Origin: a virus
Lineage: Duplodnaviria > Heunggongvirae > Uroviricota > Caudoviricetes
Strand: one strand, 5' to 3'
IMG/VR virus record: IMGVR_UViG_2703718857_000002
Length of the DNA: 23,029 nt
Below are positions 7,069 through 16,226 of this stretch, piece after piece. A model generated the notes under the pieces. The model was not told the DNA's origin and searched no databases. It saw nothing but the letters and a program-made list of their open reading frames with translations. Every line of letters begins with the position of its first letter. The first letter of the stretch is position 1. Made by a program: the position numbers and the translations under genes.

Positions 7069-7743
7069 TTAAACGTAACCAGAAGCGATATCAAATATTC
7101 TGGCAAACTCAGGCGTGACTTCGTAAACCCCCTCATCGTTAAAACCGAAATAGATATAGCCGAATTTGACCAGGGTGTATGAGGGGGCGAGGGCATTAAT
7201 CCGGCATTCAAGCTGACGATTACCCCAGGAACGTAATGGATCGCCACAATAACTCAGACCTGCACGGGCATAAGTTATCGTTGTGTCTTCCGCCTCTACC
7301 AGCCAGACAAATGGCCAGTCATCCCCATTTAGCCCGTCACCACATACCGATAAGCCAGCACGCGCCTGCCGGTATTCCTTAATCGAAATCGTATAACCCA
7401 TTGCTGCGGCAATACTGATGAAATAGCTCTTTGACTGCCCGCCGGTACTGATGAGTTTCGATACAATGGCAGACTGACGCTTCGCAATCGTATCCACTTC
7501 GCCAATCGAGCAATCATCAGGTAAGCCGAGTGTTTTTTCCCACTCGGTGAGCATAATCGTCGCAGTTTTTGGAAAGGCACCGCGCAGCAATGCAAGTGCG
7601 TCGTTATCACTACGCTGGAAACTGGCCGCAATGGCCCGCAGCACAGCAGCCTGAACAGCTTTTGGATCCCGTGTCCACGCTCGGCCGGTGGGGATAAGCG
7701 CCTGCAGTGCCTTCTGATAATCGTCTGTTGAGAAAAGGCTCAT
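7069..7743 (-). CDS. Baseplate protein, DUF2313 / Mu gp48-like (YmfQ-like), 224 aa
   Basis: N-terminus MSLFSTDDYQKALQALIPTGRAWTRDP...TEWEKTLGLPDDC matches the conserved start of Mu gp48-family proteins. ATGA overlap with the upstream J-like gene. Confidence 0.75.
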   Translation of the reverse strand: MSLFSTDDYQKALQALIPTGRAWTRDPKAVQAAVLRAIAASFQRSDNDALALLRGAFPKTATIMLTEWEKTLGLPDDCSIGEVDTIAKRQSAIVSKLISTGGQSKSYFISIAAAMGYTISIKEYRQARAGLSVCGDGLNGDDWPFVWLVEAEDTTITYARAGLSYCGDPLRSWGNRQLECRINALAPSYTLVKFGYIYFGFNDEGVYEVTPEFARIFDIASGYV

Positions 7744-8888
7744 GTGTAGTTCACCTCGCCACGAACAGCCAGCTCCCCAACTCCCGGCTCAATATTCGCA
7801 GAAGGCGACACAAGGATATAACCTGAAGTACCGGCAACATCCCCTATCGCGCGGTTGAGATCTGAAAGGTAAATTTTCCCTGTGCCGAGCGGGTTAGCAG
7901 ATTCAAACAATACCCCGTCAATCGCATCAGCAATGGCCGCAGTCGTTGCGCTGTCGGCATCAGATATCCCGCTTATTTCAAAATCGATAACGCGTTCGAT
8001 GGGAGAGCAGACATAGTTAAGGGAGGTAACCGGCGCAAGCGGATACATATAATCGGCAACTCTCCCCTGATCCCCGGTGGCTTTTACAGCCCCCCACTCT
8101 TCCAGTTGAGAGACACCGTCAGTTCCTGCAGGGAATCCATGATTGGTTTTATCATCGCCGTCGCACATGATGTAAATCACCACGGTACCCGGCCCCATCC
8201 CCCGGCGCCGTATCCATGCCCTGGTGATCCCCGACACGGATAAAGCCCAGCTTTTATAATCAGTGTCACTCCCGCCCTGCGGGGGATTCTGATACGCCAG
8301 CAGACCACGTAATCGGAAATCCTCTTCACTTTCAATGTTGGCGCCGCCGGTGGCGGGCTCAATCAGCGTAACCGAGCTGTCTATGCCGGGGGCATTAGCA
8401 TCCAGTGTAAGAATGGTGCCAGCATCGGCATTTCCGGAAGCGCCTCCTCCTGTCACATCGTCTGTGATATCCGGCAAAACCGCTGTTACAGCAACCGACG
8501 CACTGCCAGCAGTGTTTATCGTTATGGCATCATCGGTTGTGTACTGGTAACCATCATCACGGTTTAACACCGCCCCTTTTGACAGTGTTTTCCCCGGCGT
8601 TCCGGTAACGGTCGCCGCCGGAGAGCGTGCTGCCGTTGCGGCTTTTCGGTAAATCTGCTTTAGCGCCATCCATCCGGCAAGCCACTCATCGGTAGAGGTG
8701 AAAGGCGTGCTCTGACGGGCAATATAATCCAGGTAGGCGTAGTGCAGATGGGCCATGCCCGCATCCATATCAGCGAGCACCTTAAGGTTGCCAAACCGTA
8801 ACAGCGCGCCAACACTTTCAAGCTCTGCCTGCATAAACTGGCGATTCTCCTGCCGGAGCTCGCTCAGTGTTTTCCGCTTAAATGGCAT
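7740..8888 (-). CDS. Baseplate J-like protein (Mu gp47 / P2 gpJ family), 382 aa
   Basis: Size, position between the gp46-like and gp48-like genes, and overall sequence character fit the baseplate J family. Overlapping start/stop on both sides indicates a coupled operon. Confidence 0.75.
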   Translation of the reverse strand: MPFKRKTLSELRQENRQFMQAELESVGALLRFGNLKVLADMDAGMAHLHYAYLDYIARQSTPFTSTDEWLAGWMALKQIYRKAATAARSPAATVTGTPGKTLSKGAVLNRDDGYQYTTDDAITINTAGSASVAVTAVLPDITDDVTGGGASGNADAGTILTLDANAPGIDSSVTLIEPATGGANIESEEDFRLRGLLAYQNPPQGGSDTDYKSWALSVSGITRAWIRRRGMGPGTVVIYIMCDGDDKTNHGFPAGTDGVSQLEEWGAVKATGDQGRVADYMYPLAPVTSLNYVCSPIERVIDFEISGISDADSATTAAIADAIDGVLFESANPLGTGKIYLSDLNRAIGDVAGTSGYILVSPSANIEPGVGELAVRGEVNYT

Positions 8889-9327
8889 TATTCAGTTGCT
8901 CCCATAGCCAGAAGAATTTGAACTCCTGCCAGTCCCCCGCCGGCGGCAAATACCGGATGATGAGGTTCAGCCTATTCGGGAAAACAATCTCTGACTGAGC
9001 CTCTATCGCTGCTGCAATACCATCCGACTTCATCCAGGCCAGAGCCTCTTCGGCATAATCTTCAGCTCTCATCGCCACTTCGCGCGTCAGTTTTTCACGC
9101 CGCAGTAGCCACAGCCTTGAGCCAATATTCCGGTCGTTGTCCAGATCCCCCCACCAGCCGCGGCGGTCAGTTCCTTCATAATCATCATCAGCGCGCGCCA
9201 GTCCGTCAGTAAACAAACTGATAATTATGGCCGTGTGCATATCATTCTCAGATGTCAGTACGCCGTTACCGGTTTGCCAGTCAGCATGAATGGCATCCAC
9301 ATCCCAGAATGAGGAAATATCACTCAT
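8878..9327 (-). CDS. Baseplate protein, Mu gp46-like (GP46 family), 149 aa
   Basis: Size and position between the spike and J-like genes; 4-bp overlap with the spike gene. Family call by synteny plus pattern. Confidence 0.65.
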   Translation of the reverse strand: MSDISSFWDVDAIHADWQTGNGVLTSENDMHTAIIISLFTDGLARADDDYEGTDRRGWWGDLDNDRNIGSRLWLLRREKLTREVAMRAEDYAEEALAWMKSDGIAAAIEAQSEIVFPNRLNLIIRYLPPAGDWQEFKFFWLWEQLNNAI

Positions 9328-9905
9328 ACCTGACTCTCTGTTTTTTCGCTTATGATCGTGCTATCGCCGGACTGAACTTTTTTAACGTCATGGTCATGAT
9401 CGTTGTGAGCATCCCGCAGCGCTTTGAGCGTTGAATTGTTCGTCTCGCAGTTATCGATGATGTCACCCGTCACCAGGAGTTTGGGGGTAACCAGCTTTAC
9501 CTGTTCCGTTGCCGTCGCGGTGATGTTTCTGGCATTATTGATCTCTACATCTTTGCCTTTCGCATCAATGAAAATTCCCTCCTCGGTCAGATGAATATTC
9601 ATCCCCTGCTGGTTATAGACCACGGTTTCGCCTGGCTTAAGCCCGGTATACCGGAAGCTTTGATGGTTAGAGGCAATGACGACAGGACTGGAGCGGTCCC
9701 CGCCGAGAAAGGCAATAAGCACATCCGATCCCGCCGGTAACCCCGATGAAAAACCAAAATCAGAGAGCCGTGGGGCGCTGGCCACTTCCAGCGGAGTCTG
9801 GTACTGGATTTCCTGCACAACCCCGCTATCTTTCTGCGTGGTAATACGGCCAATGCCCAGCATGCCGGCGATGCGCGTGGCCGATTTCTTTAAATTTTGA
9901 TTCAT
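9324..9905 (-). CDS. Baseplate central spike / assembly protein V (Mu gp45 / P2 gpV-like), 193 aa
   Basis: Size, synteny, and a C-terminal His-rich motif HNDHDHD (nt 9387..9407) of the kind that coordinates metal at the tip of contractile-tail spikes. Confidence 0.7.
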   Translation of the reverse strand: MNQNLKKSATRIAGMLGIGRITTQKDSGVVQEIQYQTPLEVASAPRLSDFGFSSGLPAGSDVLIAFLGGDRSSPVVIASNHQSFRYTGLKPGETVVYNQQGMNIHLTEEGIFIDAKGKDVEINNARNITATATEQVKLVTPKLLVTGDIIDNCETNNSTLKALRDAHNDHDHDVKKVQSGDSTIISEKTESQV

Positions 9906-10777
9906 TGGTTTAGTCCGGGTATTTGCTGGTAGAAAGCATAAGGCTGGACAGCGAAAGCCTCCGGGGGCATCAGATAAAGGCGCGCATGGGTGCCGTCACT
10001 GTCTCTGATATAAGTCACCTCTGCGATAAGCAATTCGGTGTCAGGCAGCTGCAGACTCGGGATGTTGACCGGGATAAGCGTATTCGGCTCCCATAATTTC
10101 CCGGATTTATCGCGCCAGGAATCAATCGTCACCGTTAACTGACGGGAACGGCCGTATCGGCGGTTCATCTCCCAGTCAATCGCTCGCTGAGCCTGTTGTG
10201 AAGCCATCAGTGTACTTTCAACAATAATGATCCGTTTTCGGTAACGCATACTGGCCGCCTCAGGATCGCGGGCCGTCGCCAGCGTCACCGAATCATAAGC
10301 CGTATCTGGCGAGAATCCTGCAATCGGCGAAATGCTCATCGATACGCCGACGTAATCAGAAAAGCGGTCAGCCATCGAACGGCGGTAATAAGCCTGTTCG
10401 ATATTTACCCCTTCTGCGATACCGCTGGCCGCGCGCTTTGTCCCCACCCGGGTCAGAAATAAGTTACCGTCAGGCTGATCGTAATAAAGCAATGCCGACC
10501 AGCGGGAGACACGATCAAGTATTTCCTGTGGCGATTCCCCCCAGTTCAGGGAAAATTGCGGAACTTTCACCAGATCATCAACGTCTGTACTTACGCCAAT
10601 GTTGTAATGGGATGCGAGGCGGGAGGCTATATCAAGCGCATTACTGTTATTGATGACGTTATTTGGCCATTCAGCAGAGCAATCAACGAGATCTGCGCAC
10701 TTACTGCGGCCTGAGGCTCTGACTTCATGGCGCGAACGGGAAATAGCAGGCGACCAGTCATCAACATACCCCGTCAC
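9902..10777 (-). pseudogene. 5'-truncated baseplate hub gene (Mu gp44 / P2 gpD family), 291 codons retained
   Basis: Frame opens at a GTG at 10777 that overlaps the portal stop codon in a different frame. C-terminal region ...LLIAEVTYIRDSDGTHARLYLMPPEAF resembles the conserved end of gpD-family proteins. Full-length homologues are about 380 aa (from memory), implying loss of roughly 90 N-terminal residues. Confidence 0.5.
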
Positions 10778-11931
10778 TACCAGGTACCGGATGAGAAATT
10801 ACGCAATACTGCAGACTCGAAAACCTCAAAGTTGCTGTAAGGGCGGGCAGCGTTGACCGTTGTTATTCTCTCCCCTGGATAAAGGATCGGCATACGGGCG
10901 CCATTCTGCAGCGTCAAACGGCGATCATTATGAAACTCTGCACGACCATCCTGGTATGCTCCCAATCCCTCTTCGAAGTTTTCCCCCAGCGCGGACTGGA
11001 TCATTTCGGGATCGTATGGAGACTCAATATACGCGGCGAAGATAGCATTCAGAATTGCTGCTTCCAGCTCGCTCTGGTCGTACTTCACCAGCATCTTCAG
11101 ACGTTGCACTACTGGAGTCAGAATGCCATTCCCCCGATGCTGAGCTCCACGCTCATGGTCAAAGTCGTGCACAACGTGCGGGCGCCCCCATGCGGTTTCG
11201 CGCGGGATTCGTCGCCATGTCATTGTTTTGGCGCCACTCCACCAGTCACCGATATGTGCTTCACGTATGTGATAAGCCACAGGTGCGCCGTCAGCATCAA
11301 TTTCAACGCCGCCGCGGATATTCGGCATATCAAAATTCTGCTGCGGGTTACTGAGTCTGTCGGGATCAACAACCTGCACCGTCGTGGCATAACGCCCCTT
11401 ACCTGGTCCAAGGCGATCGGTGCGATACTGAAGCACCATCAGGGCATCGCCATCAATCAGCTTGTGGCGAAAGGCCAGACGCAACATTTGTGGAACGGTT
11501 AGCTTGCGCTCAACGTCACAATAACGGCCTGTGTCGTATGCCCAGGTTCTCCAGTGGGAAGCGAGTGCTTTTCCGTACTCTTCCGCCCATACTGCGTCAA
11601 AACTTTTATTACCTGTCATCATCCGTAATACACGATAGTCAGGCTTCATGATCGGACGGAAATTGGCGCCGACCGCATTATCAAGCAGGCGAGTTATGGC
11701 ACCATTGGCCCATCCATCATTTCGGACCAGATCCCGCGCACGGGAAACTATACGGTCACGGTAGATATTAATTTCGTTATCCGGTGACCATAGTGCGGGC
11801 TGCCAGTTCGCCAGTTGATCGCTGAAGGAATCCGCGGCGTCATATGGCACCCGGCTACCGCCCGTCAACATGCTGGGTTTTGGTGCCTGATAAGGTCTCC
11901 CGTCAGGACCAAGGATTTGCACTTTATTCAT
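10777..11931 (-). pseudogene. 3'-truncated portal gene (lambda gpB family), 384 codons retained
   Basis: N-terminus MNKVQILGPDGRPY, the VERKLT motif and ...AILNAIFAAYIES... parallel lambda gpB; the ORF stops at ...NFEVFESAVLRNFSSGTW, where lambda-family portals continue for about 140 more residues (from memory). Start overlaps the gpW-like stop by 1 nt. Confidence 0.65.
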
Positions 11932-12194
11932 CAGAATCTGAACCTCACTGGCTTCCGTGGCCGGGCGACAATTCCCAGTTGCGCCTGCAGCAACTGAATC
12001 AGCGCCAGCAGGTCGGCGAGAGAGCTTTGCTGATAGGAGACAGAGCGCGTCCCATCACCCTGCGTATAGGAGAATGAGACGCCACGGCTGCCGGTAGTCA
12101 GGTCGATATAAGCCTGCTGCGCTTTCTGCAGAGCGTCTCTGAGCTGCTCATCAGTCATCCCACCAGCAAGTAAGCTCGTGTTTCGGTTAAACAT
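11931..12194 (-). CDS. Head-tail joining protein, lambda gpW-like, 87 aa
   Basis: Small ORF between terminase large subunit and portal, the lambda Nu1-A-W-B order. Translation ...LRDALQKAQQAYIDLTTGSRGVSFSYTQGDGTRSVSY... resembles gpW. Confidence 0.7.
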   Translation of the reverse strand: MFNRNTSLLAGGMTDEQLRDALQKAQQAYIDLTTGSRGVSFSYTQGDGTRSVSYQQSSLADLLALIQLLQAQLGIVARPRKPVRFRF

Positions 12195-12202
12195 GGTTTT
12201 CC

Positions 12203-14335
12203 TTATTGCGGCAGGAGTTTAGAAATGTTCTTACGCTTAACAGGAGCCATAGCCTCATCCACGATGGCACCCGGTAATTCGTAATTGATTTTTTCTTCTG
12301 GCTCGGCTGGCGCCGGCAGGAACTTATCGGGATCGGCCTGAAGGTTAGCGGCCCGAACATTGAGTTTTAATCCCATATGTTTCAGCCCACACAACGCGGC
12401 ATAGCTGTAAACGAGGCAGTCGAGTGCTTCGTTCGCCCGTCCGGGGATAGGCTCCCAGACACTGAATCGCTGACCGGCCACCACTTTATAAACCAGTCGC
12501 TCGGCCAGCAGCTGGTTGAAATATCCGAGGTCACGATCATCCGGGAAGTGCATATAGCCCGCACCGGCAGTACCTAAAGCTGGCGGTTCAAGATGCAGAC
12601 GACCACGGACAACATCTTTCGCAGAGTTCACGCCAAGTATAATTGGCCTGAAGCTGGCTTTACTTTTCGATGTCGGTCGCTTGGTTGGCCAGACGGGGTT
12701 GCGTTTCCCACCCTGCGCAGATTCGCCCTTGATAGCCCAGACGCGGCGCCCAAGGCGATCTTTGCAGAACTCATAAACCTTTTGCGTGTGGTGACCGCCG
12801 GAGTCCATACATGCAGCCAGAATATTCAGCCCTCGCCCGTCGCCGCGTCGCCATATCTGTTTCAGGTACGCATCGAGGCGCTTCCAGGGTTCCTCAGTCT
12901 CCAGATCGCCATAAATGACGTCATGCGCAACTGACCACGATTCCTCGTCCCGCCCCCAGCCAGTGATCGTGATTTCGAATCGGTCATCCTGGGTATCGAC
13001 GCCCGCAGTTAACAATGCCACGCCATCAGGAACGACGGCCGGGAAGACTTCACGGCGCGCCAGCAGGACATCAACCGGGAGCTGTTTCCCGTGGTTAGGC
13101 CGGTGCGGCAACCCCATCTGGGTGTTCCACCAGGCCTGTTCCTTATCCGGATCCCCTTTCGCATCGAGGTATTTCTTTGCAATGTCCGATGGCTTATCTT
13201 TTTGCCAGGGACTGAAGAGTTTTGACGCCTGGTACCCGGCGTGGTGATTATCCAGCGCCTCGGCCCCGCAGTCCGGGCAAATCGCCCGGTATACGGCATG
13301 CCGTTCCGACTCTGACCAGCGCCAGACGGCATCAACACTGCCCTCGTCTCCTTCATGCCATTTCTGGTCGTATTCCATTAATGGTGAATGGCGGGAACCA
13401 CAACATTCAAACGGTTTGGTCTGATGCCAGCGGATTGTCTGTAATGCCCGCAGACGCTCACCCTCTGACCAGCCAGCACCACAACATTCACAATGGATCA
13501 TGGCCGCTTTGGTCAGGTGCTTATCACCTTCTTTTGGCCATTGAACATGTTTGAAGAAATCAAGGAACTGTCGGTGCCCGCAATGGGGGCAAACTACAGA
13601 GGCCCGCCGCTGATCTGAATCTTCGTAACTGTCAGCAATCCGGCTTTCATCTTCGACCGTCGGCGAACAAGCCCGCACGGACAGCCAGTTAAGGCCAAAT
13701 GTGGCGGTTCGCTCTTCCGCCAGAGCGATGGGATCGCCCTCACGGGTAATCGGATATTTATCCACCTCATCTGCCAGCAGAACACGGATCGGACGGCGCG
13801 CAAGGTTATCTGGACTACCGGCGCCGGCCAGCGCCAGAAATCCGCCGGTGAAAGCTTTATACAGAATGGTTTCTTTTGAACTCTTCTGCTTTGAGTCACC
13901 TATGATGTTACGCAGAACTGGCGTTACCCTAACCAGCGGGCTGATGCGTTCTTTGGAAAACTGCTCAGCGGCCTCTTCCTTCGGCTGCAGGAGCAAAATC
14001 GGACATGGGTCGAGGTGCGCAAAATAACCAAACAGGTTTTCCAGCAGCGCGGTTTTCATTAACTGGGTACAGCACATCACGGTGATAATGTGGACGCCCG
14101 ATTCCGTCGCGGCCAGCATAGGACCGCGGGCAATTTCAACCGTTGATGTTTCCCAGTTCCCGGAGGTACTGCCAGCTTCTTTCGCCAGCTTCCGGTAGTC
14201 ATCGGCCCATTGCGGGACGCTGATCCGCGGCGGCGGTGTCCACCCTTTCCGGACACTCAGTTGAAGACGCTCAATCTTCCGCTGGGTTAAACTCTGGTTC
14301 TCCGAGGACTGAGATATGTTTGTGGACATGTTCAA
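12203..14335 (-). CDS. Terminase large subunit (lambda GpA family), 710 aa
   Basis: Long ORF with cysteine-rich zinc-finger-like cluster (CPHCGH...CECCGAGW...CPDCG) and overall resemblance to GpA-type terminases. Immediately downstream of and overlapping the Nu1-like gene. Confidence 0.85.
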   Translation of the reverse strand: MNMSTNISQSSENQSLTQRKIERLQLSVRKGWTPPPRISVPQWADDYRKLAKEAGSTSGNWETSTVEIARGPMLAATESGVHIITVMCCTQLMKTALLENLFGYFAHLDPCPILLLQPKEEAAEQFSKERISPLVRVTPVLRNIIGDSKQKSSKETILYKAFTGGFLALAGAGSPDNLARRPIRVLLADEVDKYPITREGDPIALAEERTATFGLNWLSVRACSPTVEDESRIADSYEDSDQRRASVVCPHCGHRQFLDFFKHVQWPKEGDKHLTKAAMIHCECCGAGWSEGERLRALQTIRWHQTKPFECCGSRHSPLMEYDQKWHEGDEGSVDAVWRWSESERHAVYRAICPDCGAEALDNHHAGYQASKLFSPWQKDKPSDIAKKYLDAKGDPDKEQAWWNTQMGLPHRPNHGKQLPVDVLLARREVFPAVVPDGVALLTAGVDTQDDRFEITITGWGRDEESWSVAHDVIYGDLETEEPWKRLDAYLKQIWRRGDGRGLNILAACMDSGGHHTQKVYEFCKDRLGRRVWAIKGESAQGGKRNPVWPTKRPTSKSKASFRPIILGVNSAKDVVRGRLHLEPPALGTAGAGYMHFPDDRDLGYFNQLLAERLVYKVVAGQRFSVWEPIPGRANEALDCLVYSYAALCGLKHMGLKLNVRAANLQADPDKFLPAPAEPEEKINYELPGAIVDEAMAPVKRKNISKLLPQ

Positions 14336-14834
14336 TCAGCACCTCTGTCATCCTGTCCGCCGGCACATTCAGATCGGCGGCTATCAGCGGTGCCACGCGT
14401 GAAGGCCAGTTCAGCCAGGCATCACGCTGCTGGCGAAAGGCGTTAAACAGAACCTCCTCGGCGATGGCCAATTCAATTGTCTGGCCGCTGTCTTTTTCAT
14501 ACTGGAGCTTTGCCTGCAGGGCCATGTAATTTTCACGGATCCGCGCGGCCTCTTCCCTGGAAAGGACTGCACCTTCTGTAAACATTATCTGGCGAACGGT
14601 TTCATCAATTTCATCGTCGCCATCATTCCGGGGTGCTGGGGCTTTTTTCTTCTTCGCGTTTGATGCCCGCGGATCTTTTCCATCACGGTTTTTCTTCAGC
14701 GCGGCATCGCTCGCCTCAACATCAATCAGGTCGCCATCCATGACGATAAACCGACCAGCCTTGATCCATCGGCCAATAGTCTTGCGATCGACGCCTGAAT
14801 GTTGCGCGTACTGACTCTGGTTCATCGTGGTCAT
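14271..14834 (-). CDS. Terminase small subunit (lambda Nu1-like), 187 aa
   Basis: N-terminal winged-HTH region MNQSQYAQHSGVDRKTIGRWIKAGRF resembles Nu1. Overlaps the 5' end of the large-subunit gene by 65 nt, as in lambda. Start could be ATG 14834 or the ATG 3 codons downstream. Confidence 0.8.
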   Translation of the reverse strand: MTTMNQSQYAQHSGVDRKTIGRWIKAGRFIVMDGDLIDVEASDAALKKNRDGKDPRASNAKKKKAPAPRNDGDDEIDETVRQIMFTEGAVLSREEAARIRENYMALQAKLQYEKDSGQTIELAIAEEVLFNAFRQQRDAWLNWPSRVAPLIAADLNVPADRMTEVLIEHVHKHISVLGEPEFNPAED

Positions 14835-14981
14835 GGGACATCACCTGGGACATTTTTGGGGTGGGACATTTACCTGGGACATTTTTTCAATGTCCCACAC
14901 GAATGTCCCACTGGAATAAATGGAATAATCCGTGCTGGCTCTGGCGTGGCTGGCGATCCCTTGGGGTGGGACATGGGACAC
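14834..14981. repeat. Array of TGGGACA(T/C) repeats (5 direct TGGGACAT plus 1 TGGGACAC, 2 inverted copies) immediately upstream of the terminase small-subunit gene; candidate cosB-like terminase-binding region
   Basis: TGGGACAT at 14834, 14846, 14862, 14875 and 14967; TGGGACAC at 14974; inverted ATGTCCCA at 14890 and 14903. Location matches where lambda-type phages carry Nu1 binding sites next to cos. Confidence 0.5.
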
Positions 14982-15071
14982 AAAATAAAAGTTTGTAGCT
15001 AGGAAAACACTGCGGCGCGCAATGCCCGTGCCTTACAAAAGGCTCAGGAAGGACCCAAAACCCCTGGGGGG

Positions 15072-15713
15072 CTATCTGGCCGAGCTGATCGCCTCAGCAA
15101 TCGCCTGGTGCAGCGCTGAGGGTAACAATGCGTTGGCCATGGTGTTTGCCCTGTCCATATAGCCGAGCGTTGGTTTGACTGGAAGCGAGTCTCCAAACCG
15201 AATGAGCAATTTTGGTGCAGGTTGCTTAATCTTGTCTCTGCGCGTGCCGTTCGGAGAACGTTTTGCCCGTTTCTTCCCTTTTTTGGTTTTCGGCTTTTTT
15301 CTCTGCCACACGGCATTCACGCCACCAACGTCACCAATAAATACGTTTGGCTTTGCTTTGAGCTGAGAGAGCTTATTACGCGGCAGGTTGCCGTATTTAT
15401 TAAGCTTTATGTCTTTCGGGTTAAGCAAAGCACTACCATTAAGCTTGTGCTCTCCGCCGAACTCGAAGGGTTCAAGGTAACCAGCAGCAGTATCACGAAC
15501 AAACACCTTCGCACGAAGGCTGTTTTTCCTGGCACCAACTGACCCAACCGATTTAACTGTAAAAGGTGTTGGATTATCCAGATTCCGCTCAAATGCTGTT
15601 TTTTGGGCCGCTTCTATCTGGCGAACCACTTTAGTCATAGCCTGGGCAGTCGCAAACGGTATTTGCTTCTGCAGCTGTCTTAACTGACTGGAAAGGTCCT
15701 TAAGCGTTGCCAT
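15072..15713 (-). CDS. Hypothetical basic protein, 213 aa
   Basis: ATG at 15713 with AGGTGG Shine-Dalgarno. Contains a strongly basic tract QRKKPKTKKGKKRAKRSPNGTRRDK. Located between the lysis cassette and cos; no family recognised. Confidence 0.55.
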   Translation of the reverse strand: MATLKDLSSQLRQLQKQIPFATAQAMTKVVRQIEAAQKTAFERNLDNPTPFTVKSVGSVGARKNSLRAKVFVRDTAAGYLEPFEFGGEHKLNGSALLNPKDIKLNKYGNLPRNKLSQLKAKPNVFIGDVGGVNAVWQRKKPKTKKGKKRAKRSPNGTRRDKIKQPAPKLLIRFGDSLPVKPTLGYMDRANTMANALLPSALHQAIAEAISSAR

Positions 15714-15762
15714 ATCATTGACCACCTAGTTACAGTAATTAAGATCAGTTTGCTCATAAAGT

Positions 15763-15791
15763 TGACAATAAAAAACCGCCCGTAGGCGGTT
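15763..15791 (-). terminator. Rho-independent terminator after the 134-aa moron
   Basis: Minus-strand hairpin AACCGCC-TACG-GGCGGTT followed by TTTTTATTG; overlaps the stop codon of the 134-aa gene. Confidence 0.7.
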
Positions 15792-16194
15792 AGTCGAACA
15801 TTTTATCAAGTTGCTTAGCTAGAGCTCGGTTAAACAGCTCCTTCGAAACTGTCATCAGCGTGCCCATACTGGCATCTTTGAATCCGGTTTTTAATGTTGC
15901 CCAAACCTCTTTGTTACGGAGAGCATCCAAGAAGTCATGCCCCATCGCGGTCAATCGCAAGGGCATTACAGCCCAGTGAGTCATTCCGTCTAAAGACTGA
16001 ATAGCACCAAAGCCGGGCTCCCCATCACTCCTGATAATCAGCCCTCTATCCTCAAGCAAACGCATATGAAACACAAATGTGTCAGTTTCACAATTGAACC
16101 CTAAATCCTTTAATCGAATAATATCGGTATCAGGTGAATCCGATGCCTCGAAAGCCTCGAGCAAACCTTTAAGGTATTCTTGATCTATTTGCAT
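15790..16194 (-). CDS. Hypothetical protein, 134 aa (moron between Rz and cos)
   Basis: ATG at 16194 with GGAGGGG Shine-Dalgarno and its own terminator. Translation MQIDQEYLKGLLEAFEASDSPDTDIIRLKDLGF...; no family recognised with confidence. Confidence 0.65.
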   Translation of the reverse strand: MQIDQEYLKGLLEAFEASDSPDTDIIRLKDLGFNCETDTFVFHMRLLEDRGLIIRSDGEPGFGAIQSLDGMTHWAVMPLRLTAMGHDFLDALRNKEVWATLKTGFKDASMGTLMTVSKELFNRALAKQLDKMFD

Positions 16195-16226
16195 AACCCC
16201 TCCGTATGTAAAAGGTTAATTTAACA

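Noticed and set aside
10930-11502. 190-aa plus-strand ORF
   Set aside because: Antisense to the portal gene, which has clear lambda gpB-type homology in its own frame.
12377-13554. Several 60-115-aa ORFs on both strands inside the terminase large-subunit gene
   Set aside because: Fully embedded in or antisense to a well-supported long CDS, with no independent ribosome-binding sites noted; typical alternative-frame noise.
14834-14981. Short repeat cluster considered as a CRISPR array
   Set aside because: Repeat units are only 7-8 bp, irregularly spaced and include inverted copies; this fits protein-binding sites next to the terminase gene, not CRISPR repeats and spacers.
15044-15316. 90-aa minus-strand ORF
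   Set aside because: Overlaps the 3' half of the 213-aa gene in another frame; the longer ORF has the better start context.
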